A DNA stretch of 64,000 nucleotides. Source: a virus. Both the position numbers and the translations under genes were made by a program. Numbering within the stretch: the first letter of the stretch is position 1; the number at the start of each line of letters is the position of its first letter. Below, piece by piece: positions 58,480 to 64,000 of the stretch. The notes beneath the pieces are model-generated. The model worked only from the letters and a program-made list of their open reading frames with translations, made no database searches and was not told where the DNA came from. Location of the stretch: IMG/VR virus record IMGVR_UViG_3300021226_000189; one strand, given 5' to 3'.

Positions 58480-58484
58480 TTCAC

Positions 58485-58665
58485 AATTGAACAAGTGAGA
58501 GAATATGTGGAAGGTCATCTTTTCACATGTTCTAACAAGCAAGAGCTATCCATGAACGAAATTCTTGCCATGCTGAAAAATGCTTTGGCATGTATCGAAG
58601 ATGGTGACGATGGTTTGGAAGCTTATCTTGATCGTATGGAATACTACAAAAAATTAAAAAACTAG
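58485..58665 (+). pseudogene. 3' part of a 63-aa gene split by the IS605 element
   Basis: ATGACATTTAC (56726-56736) + AATTGAACAAGTG.. reads MTFTIEQVREYVEG..KLKN*. Confidence 0.8.
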
Positions 58666-58679
58666 AATACACTTGGGAT

Positions 58680-58847
58680 ATGACGAGAGACGAATTACTA
58701 CCAATCATGGAAGCGATGGAAACCTACGGTGGTGGGTTTGTGAAAAAGCTGGTGCAAGCTATGCAAGTGGCTGATAACCACAATCTGGAACGCATCGTGA
58801 CAGCATTTCCCGAAATCATCGAACGATACAAACAATTTTTGAAATAA
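58680..58847 (+). CDS. Small hypothetical protein (55 aa, not in ORF track)
   Basis: Motif-N6-ATG; YGGGFVKKL..AD..N..RI..AFP. Confidence 0.65.
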   Translation: MTRDELLPIMEAMETYGGGFVKKLVQAMQVADNHNLERIVTAFPEIIERYKQFLK

Positions 58848-58848
58848 C

Positions 58849-59166
58849 ATGACAATCGCACAGCAATTAAAAATTAAAGACTTCCCTTTTACAATCAATG
58901 ATAAAAATGGTAATCAGATTTACTGGGAGACTTCCAATGGATATTGGTCAAAACGCGAATACAATACCAATGGTAATGTGATTTACTTTGAGACTTCCGA
59001 TGGATATTGGTTAAAACGTGAATACGATACCAATGGTAAATTGATTTACTTTGAGAATTCCTATGGAACAATCAAAGACAATCGCCCTAAAACAGATGTT
59101 CAAAAGGCAATCGAACTTCTTGAGAAAGAAGGATTGATTGTGGATGGAAAGATTCTAAAAAACTAG
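58849..59166 (+). CDS. MTIAQQ repeat family copy 9 (2 units, 105 aa)
   Basis: Caps plus repeats. Confidence 0.9.
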   Translation: MTIAQQLKIKDFPFTINDKNGNQIYWETSNGYWSKREYNTNGNVIYFETSDGYWLKREYDTNGKLIYFENSYGTIKDNRPKTDVQKAIELLEKEGLIVDGKILKN

Positions 59167-59182
59167 AATACAATCAACACAT

Positions 59183-59587
59183 ATGGGACGCTCAATTAGC
59201 ACACATCGAAACGCTTACACTACTTTCTTCACCACGTTTGATTATGATGATGATGAAGATTATTCACAATACGCATGGGATAGTTTTGTGAATTGTGTGC
59301 GGGACATTCTCTCAAAAAAATACAAATCTTTACAAAACGCTGATCGTTGGGTTGATCGTGAAGATCACATCATTCTCGAAAACAGCGTAGCAGAGATTTC
59401 CATTTCAGAATATTGTGGCGGCGTTGCTATCTGTCTCGCCCCTAGAGACACTGACAATCCCTTGCATGAGGGTTGGTGTGGTCAAATCTATAAAGGATTT
59501 CATGACATTTTGAATAAATGTTTTCAGGGTTATCACAAGATCGGATGCTTCTCCAATGGTGAGGGAGTGTATGAAAAAATCGCTTAA
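59183..59587 (+). CDS. Hypothetical protein
   Basis: Motif upstream; stop begins motif. Confidence 0.7.
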   Translation: MGRSISTHRNAYTTFFTTFDYDDDEDYSQYAWDSFVNCVRDILSKKYKSLQNADRWVDREDHIILENSVAEISISEYCGGVAICLAPRDTDNPLHEGWCGQIYKGFHDILNKCFQGYHKIGCFSNGEGVYEKIA

Positions 59588-59997
59588 AAACTAAAATACA
59601 ATTAACACATGAAAAAATATATCTATCGAATTTGGAATTACTTTCGCCCTTTCCCAAAACCAGAGTATGGTTGGAAAATCTTTCAACAAACGTCTTGGTT
59701 GAATAAGCAGATCCAAGAAGAACTCTTGAAACGTAAAGAAGATTGATGTTGGAAGTTATTTGTTTCTACACTATTATTATTACTCTTGGTGCTAGGTTAC
59801 ATTTAATATGCGCAATTTTTTCAATCCTATTGATTTATTTATTAAAAAACTAGAGTAATATTAAGACATGCTTAAGATTAAATTCATACTTGACACGAAC
59901 AAAGCTAAAGGTCTTCCATTCTCTGAAAAGAATCGTAAACGTTCTTGGTGAAGTAAGCTGTTGACTTTTCGGCTCTGTGAGTAAATAGAATAGTAAT

Positions 59998-60072
59998 GTG
60001 TCGTTCGTCTAACGGATAAGACTTGGGGATTCTACCCCCACAATACGGGTTCGATTCCTGTACGGCACACCA
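59998..60072 (+). tRNA. tRNA-Arg(TCT)
   Basis: GTGTCGT/ACGGCAC acceptor, GTCT/AGAC D-stem, TGGGG-ATTCTAC-CCCCA, encoded CCA. Confidence 0.85.
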
Positions 60073-60073
60073 T

Positions 60074-61132
60074 TTATTTTTTATTAAAATAACCTCTTGG
60101 TGGATAATCTGTGATGTCATATGATTTGCACCATTTTCTAACAGCATTATCAGACACTCCATATTTTTCACCCAATCTAGTGAAAGGTAATTCCCATAAC
60201 ATTTTTTCAAGTTCTTCCTTTTCAGGTCTATCTATAACTTTTCTGCGTCCAATTCTAAAACATGTCATACATTGCTTTGCGTCCGAGTCTTTGATATTAC
60301 CGCATTTACATAACTCTTTCATTTTTACCGTTTCTTTTTTAACATGTTTAAGTATGATGTTATGAATAATTTTCTGTGGTTTTTCTTTCCGTGGTTTTTC
60401 TTTCCGTGGTTTTTCTTTCTGACGTTTTTCGGCTTTCATATTGGAATAATTCAATGAACAAGGTCTACATCTGATAGCTCTTTTATCTATATGTTTACCG
60501 CAATCAACACAATATTTTAATTTCTTCATTTTCGGAACATAATTGAAATAATCAAATTCAACTTTAACATTTGCGTTTGATAACTCATCTATAAAATCAC
60601 TCCATTTATTTAAATTGAAACATGCTGAATAATGAATCTCGTATACATCCCATCCATTAGCTTCTAACAAATCATGTCTTTCTTGATAGTAAGATTTCAA
60701 TGTTCCGTCTCTTTCATAATGCTGATTACCATTGATTTCTAAAGCTATCATCTTATCAGGTAATGCAATGTCAATTGAAAACGATCTACCATCAATTTCT
60801 GGTTGATACTCTTCAATGAATGGAATATTTAATTGTGTTAGAAATTCTTTCACTTTCTCACAAGGTTTTGATTTAAATTTATCTTTATTTCTCCAAGGAT
60901 GTTTATCAGGATTATCTTTCAACCATTGCTTTCTCTTTTCTGATAGATTCTTTTTCGTTTCCTCTGTATGTATTACTGGTTTTGATTTATTGATTTTTAT
61001 ATTATTGTTTTTAAGAGTCTTTCTTACCAGACAATCAGACACGTTCAAATGATTTGCAATCTCCATCACGGTCAATCCTTTATCAGATAGCTCTTGTAAT
61101 TTTTCAATACTAAGATAAATTTTCTTCGGCAT
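60074..61132 (-). CDS. Vsr/DUF559-like PD-(D/E)xK endonuclease with HTH and Zn-finger modules, probable homing endonuclease
   Basis: DIALPDKMIALEINGNQH, CxxC..CxxC clusters, terminal HTHs; TAAATA-N5-ATG. Confidence 0.75.
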   Translation of the reverse strand: MPKKIYLSIEKLQELSDKGLTVMEIANHLNVSDCLVRKTLKNNNIKINKSKPVIHTEETKKNLSEKRKQWLKDNPDKHPWRNKDKFKSKPCEKVKEFLTQLNIPFIEEYQPEIDGRSFSIDIALPDKMIALEINGNQHYERDGTLKSYYQERHDLLEANGWDVYEIHYSACFNLNKWSDFIDELSNANVKVEFDYFNYVPKMKKLKYCVDCGKHIDKRAIRCRPCSLNYSNMKAEKRQKEKPRKEKPRKEKPQKIIHNIILKHVKKETVKMKELCKCGNIKDSDAKQCMTCFRIGRRKVIDRPEKEELEKMLWELPFTRLGEKYGVSDNAVRKWCKSYDITDYPPRGYFNKK

Positions 61133-61216
61133 ATAAGTATTTAACAGAATAACCTTACTTTACAAATAAGACTAATCTGATAAATAAAAACTAGAATACA
61201 TTACTTTACATACAAT

Positions 61217-61292
61217 GCGCTGATAGCTCAGTGGTTAGAGCAGGGTGCTCATAACGCCTTGGTCGTGGGTTCGAATCCCTCTCAGCGTACCA
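61217..61292 (+). tRNA. tRNA with CAT anticodon (elongator Met or lysidine Ile2)
   Basis: GCGCTGA/TCAGCGT acceptor, loop CTCATAA, CCA encoded; lacks initiator features. Confidence 0.88.
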
Positions 61293-61323
61293 ATTCTCTA
61301 AAAAACTAGAATACAATCACAAT

Positions 61324-61704
61324 ATGACAATTGCACAACAATTAAAAATTAAAGACTTCCCTTTTACAATCAATGATTCCAATGGTAAAGAGATTTACTA
61401 TGAAGCTTCCAATGGATATTGGCAAAAACGTGAATACGATACCAATGGTAATCGGATTTACTTTGAGACTTCCAATGGAACTTGGGTAAAACGCGAATAC
61501 GATACCAACGGTAAAGAGATTTACTTTGTGGATTCCGATGGATATTGGGCAAAACGTGAATGGGATACCAATGGTAATGAGATTTACTTTGAGAATTCCG
61601 ATGGAGAAATCATTGACAATCGTCCTAAGACTGATATTCAGAAAGCAATTGAATTTCTTGAGAAAGAGGGATTGATTGTGGATGGTAAGATCCTAAAAAA
61701 CTAG
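61324..61704 (+). CDS. MTIAQQ repeat family copy 10 (3 units, 126 aa)
   Basis: Caps plus repeats. Confidence 0.9.
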   Translation: MTIAQQLKIKDFPFTINDSNGKEIYYEASNGYWQKREYDTNGNRIYFETSNGTWVKREYDTNGKEIYFVDSDGYWAKREWDTNGNEIYFENSDGEIIDNRPKTDIQKAIEFLEKEGLIVDGKILKN

Positions 61705-61718
61705 AATACAATCACAAT

Positions 61719-62036
61719 ATGACAATCGCACAGCAATTAAAAATCAAAGACTTCCCTTTTACAATCAATGATTCCAATGGTAAATTGATTTACTATGAGA
61801 ATTCCAATGGATATTGGAGAAAATATGAATACGATGCCAATGGTAATGTGATTTACTTTGAGAATTCCACTGGACATTGGGAAAAACGTGAATGGAATTC
61901 CAATGGTATTCGGATTTACTTTGAGACTTCCTATGGAACAATCGTAGACAATCGTCCTAAGACAGAAGTTCAGAAAGCAATCGAACTCCTCACGAAAGAG
62001 GGATTGATTGTGGATGGAAAGATTCTTAAAAACTAG
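61719..62036 (+). CDS. MTIAQQ repeat family copy 11 (2 units, 105 aa)
   Basis: Caps plus repeats. Confidence 0.9.
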   Translation: MTIAQQLKIKDFPFTINDSNGKLIYYENSNGYWRKYEYDANGNVIYFENSTGHWEKREWNSNGIRIYFETSYGTIVDNRPKTEVQKAIELLTKEGLIVDGKILKN

Positions 62037-62050
62037 AATACACTCATAAC

Positions 62051-62431
62051 ATGACAATCGCACAGCAATTAAAAATTAAAGACTTCCCTTTTGAAATCAA
62101 GGATTCCAATGGTAAAGTGATTTACCTTGAGGATTCCAATGGATATTGGTCAAAACATGAATACGATGCCAATGGTAATCAGATTTACTGGGAAAATTCC
62201 AATGGATCTTGGTCAAAGCGTGAATACGATTCCAATCGTATTCGGATTTACTTTGAGACTTCCGATGGATATTGGTTAAAACGTGAATACGATACCAATT
62301 GTAATTGTATTTACTATGAGAATTCCGATAGAACAATCATTGACAATCGTCCTAAGACAGAAGTTCAAAAGGCAATCGAACTTCTTACGAAAGAGGGATT
62401 ACTGGTGGATGGAAAGATTCTAAAAAACTAG
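62051..62431 (+). CDS. MTIAQQ repeat family copy 12 (3 units, 126 aa)
   Basis: Caps plus repeats. Confidence 0.9.
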   Translation: MTIAQQLKIKDFPFEIKDSNGKVIYLEDSNGYWSKHEYDANGNQIYWENSNGSWSKREYDSNRIRIYFETSDGYWLKREYDTNCNCIYYENSDRTIIDNRPKTEVQKAIELLTKEGLLVDGKILKN

Positions 62432-62445
62432 AATACAATCGTAGT

Positions 62446-62634
62446 ATGACAACACAAGAAATTAACGATCTGGAAAGCCAATTCGATACTGTAGCAATCG
62501 AGATTCTTGATGCTCTAAAAAGCAATCCAAAATACATACAAATCAAAGCAAAATTCGATTTGTTGCAATCCATGATGCAAAACGCTATCGGTGAAGAATT
62601 TCCTGATAGTTGGATGGCAGAATTAAAAAACTAA
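62446..62634 (+). CDS. Hypothetical protein
   Basis: Motif-N6-ATG; ends KN* in the next motif. Confidence 0.7.
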   Translation: MTTQEINDLESQFDTVAIEILDALKSNPKYIQIKAKFDLLQSMMQNAIGEEFPDSWMAELKN

Positions 62635-62648
62635 AATAAAATATTTTT

Positions 62649-62731
62649 CGGAGTGTGTCCAAATTGGTAAAGGAGATCGACTTAAAATCGATTGGCACTG
62701 CGCCTTATGGGTTCGAGTCCCATCACTCCGA
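62649..62731 (+). tRNA. tRNA-Leu(TAA)
   Basis: CGGAGTG/CACTCCG acceptor, ATCGA-CTTAAAA-TCGAT, long variable arm, ATGGG-TTCGAGT-CCCAT; CCA not encoded. Confidence 0.9.
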
Positions 62732-62774
62732 CTTTCTTCCACCCATAATTAAAAAACTAGAATACAATTGATCT

Positions 62775-62969
62775 ATGGAATACATTAAACGATATAATTG
62801 GACAATCCGCAATACTGTAACTGGTCAAACGGCTGGGTATAATTGTTGGAATGGTGCTTGTGATGAAGATCATGTTCGCAATAGTCCATCTGTTCAAGCT
62901 TGGGCAAATGGTGATGAAATCGAAGTGATTGCAGAAACGTTTGAAGACTATGATGATCTTCAAGGTTAA
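62775..62969 (+). CDS. Hypothetical protein
   Basis: Motif-N6-ATG. Confidence 0.65.
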   Translation: MEYIKRYNWTIRNTVTGQTAGYNCWNGACDEDHVRNSPSVQAWANGDEIEVIAETFEDYDDLQG

Positions 62970-62991
62970 AAAACTAGAATACAATTGAGCC

Positions 62992-63666
62992 ATGACAAAA
63001 ACATACGATACCTTTCTCCCTATCTTCTCTGGATTCTACAATACCATTTGGGATGAATCCGAATCTTGGATGGAATGTGAACTTGATAGTGAAGAGTGTT
63101 TCCGTGAACACTATCCTGAATTCGATGGTATTCCTTTCGATTTCATTAGAGACAATTTTTGGGATATTGTCGATTGTCGCCAAGGTTTTGAGGGTGTGCT
63201 TGATTACATCGTGAGCGTGTTTCCTCGGTGGTTCAATGGTGAAGTGGGTTCTGATATTATCAAAAACGTCACTTTACAAAAGATCGTTTCCCCTCGTGAA
63301 TACAATTTCTGTAACGATTCTGCTGATGTTTCCATTGAAGTTGATACGGATTTGATTGCCAAGTATCTGCAAGAAAACGGTCATGCTTTCTCTGAGTATC
63401 TGAAAAAACGATACACTTCTCGTGATGGGTTCATCTCTCATTATTCTAACGATATTTCAGAATGGGCTGAAGACACTAACGATTTCACCGACTTCTCTGT
63501 CAATGGTCATTACTTGGGCGCGATTCTGGAATTTATTGTGAACGATTCCATTGATGATGCGGAAATGTCATTGTTCTATTCTGCAAATACTCATGAGGGA
63601 TTCTCTAACAGCGTGGGAGTCGATACTGCACGATTGGTGGAAAAATGGGAAGCATCGAAAGATTAA
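62992..63666 (+). CDS. Hypothetical acidic protein
   Basis: Motif-N6-ATG; FSGFYNTIW, SPREYNF.ND, YTSRDGFIS. Confidence 0.8.
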   Translation: MTKTYDTFLPIFSGFYNTIWDESESWMECELDSEECFREHYPEFDGIPFDFIRDNFWDIVDCRQGFEGVLDYIVSVFPRWFNGEVGSDIIKNVTLQKIVSPREYNFCNDSADVSIEVDTDLIAKYLQENGHAFSEYLKKRYTSRDGFISHYSNDISEWAEDTNDFTDFSVNGHYLGAILEFIVNDSIDDAEMSLFYSANTHEGFSNSVGVDTARLVEKWEASKD

Positions 63667-63688
63667 AAAACTAGAATACACTCATAAC

Positions 63689-64000
63689 ATGACAATCGCA
63701 CAGCAATTAAAAATTAAAGAATTTCCTTTCGGAATCAAGGATAAGAATAGTAATCAGATTTACTATGAGAATTCCACTGGATATTGGATAAAACGTGAAT
63801 GGGATGCCAATGGTAATCGGATTTACTTTGAGGATTCCAATGGATATTGGACAAAACATGAATACGATACCAATGGTAATTGGATTTACTATGAGAATTC
63901 CGAAGGAACAATCGAAGACAAACGTCCCAAGACTGATGTCCAAAAGGCAATCGAACTCCTCACGAAAGAGGGATCGATTGTGGATGGTAAGATTCTAAAA
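63689..64000 (+). CDS. MTIAQQ repeat family copy 13 (2 units; last codon and stop beyond window)
   Basis: 104 codons read to the window edge ending KILK; absent from ORF track. Confidence 0.9.
   Translation, partial: MTIAQQLKIKEFPFGIKDKNSNQIYYENSTGYWIKREWDANGNRIYFEDSNGYWTKHEYDTNGNWIYYENSEGTIEDKRPKTDVQKAIELLTKEGSIVDGKILK

Larger units (their letters stand above)
56737..58484 (+). mobile_element. Complete IS605-group element (divergent tnpA/tnpB)
   Basis: TTTAC target at 56732-56736; left hairpin AAAG-CCACGGGG/CCCCGTGG; right hairpin GAAG-CCGCTGGG/CCCAGCGG-TAGTTCAC. Confidence 0.92.
2646..61143. promoter_or_regulatory. TAAATA late-type promoter boxes 5-6 nt upstream of start codons
   Basis: + strand: 4197, 6359, 16081, 42298, 57239; - strand: 2646-2651, 4180-4185, 16004-16009, 24027-24032, 56285-56290, 61138-61143; resembles T4 late TATAAATA core. 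Confidence 0.7.
17308..63682 (+). promoter_or_regulatory. Dispersed motif TAAAAAACTAGAA-TANNNT (about 52 copies), probable phage early/middle promoter
   Basis: A-run starts (+/-1): 17308,20055,21236,22835,25892,26718,29376,29953,30604,33134,34193,35348,36133,36465,36807,37480,39135,40797,43613,44014,44733,45731,46189,46484,46936,47453,48112,48507,49204,49982,51088,51793,52400,52607,53151,53929,54641,56346,56559,58656,59157,59586,59844,61186,61300,61695,62028,62422,62625,62751,62968,63665; all on + strand, usually 6 nt before an ATG. Confidence 0.85.

Noticed and set aside
59998-60072. Amber suppressor tRNA (CTA) reading of the TTCTA loop
   Set aside because: The stem TGGGG/CCCCA centres the loop on TCT; a CTA register breaks the stem
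755-60365. Most short minus-strand or nested ORFs in the track (e.g. 6624, 13749, 34198, 37486, 38204, 50476, 52012, 57522)
   Set aside because: They lie inside better-supported genes on the other strand and show no motifs
17308-63682. Integron attC or site-specific recombinase site interpretation of the motif
   Set aside because: No inverted-repeat core structure and no integrase in the window; promoter geometry explains the conserved bases better
35877-63998. Antisense and alternate-frame ORFs over the repeat family (e.g. 35877, 36175, 45252, 45780, 46231, 46548, 48182, 61370, 62097, 63707, 63795)
   Set aside because: Shadow frames kept open by the repeated stop-free 63-mer; no promoter or start context
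35699-64000. CRISPR array or non-coding repeat interpretation of the 63-bp repeats
   Set aside because: Units are contiguous, in frame and coding, with no repeat-spacer alternation or cas genes
35699-64000. Classic diversity-generating retroelement
   Set aside because: No reverse transcriptase or non-coding template in the window, and synonymous adenines (GGA, AAA, NNA) stay fixed; kept only as something to test genome-wide

Overview
AT-rich fragment of a large T4-like myophage genome; no tools were used, so all calls come from reading the sequence and the ORF track. 1-17 kb: dTDP-rhamnose enzymes (RmlA, RmlB, NRS/ER-like reductase), a gp44-like clamp loader, probable head-internal and baseplate/tail genes, and a GIY-YIG homing endonuclease. 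Many of these genes sit 5 nt behind a TAAATA late-type box. 17-64 kb: a plus-strand accessory region of more than 100 small genes, including RNA-repair enzymes, four tRNAs, a PEP-CTERM protein (suggesting a Verrucomicrobia/PVC-type host), two TnpB elements whose empty sites can be reconstructed, and several structured-RNA candidates. The most striking system combines two things. (i) About 52 copies of a motif TAAAAAACTAGAA-TANNNT-N6-ATG, which looks like a leaderless promoter that also supplies stop codons to the upstream gene and marks cassette junctions. (ii) A 13-copy gene family (MTIAQQLKIK...KILKN) built from constant caps plus 2-5 copies of a 63-bp/21-aa repeat. In that repeat, defined codons vary at positions 1-2 while third positions stay almost frozen, suggesting a phage-encoded, recombination-diversified binding-protein repertoire.
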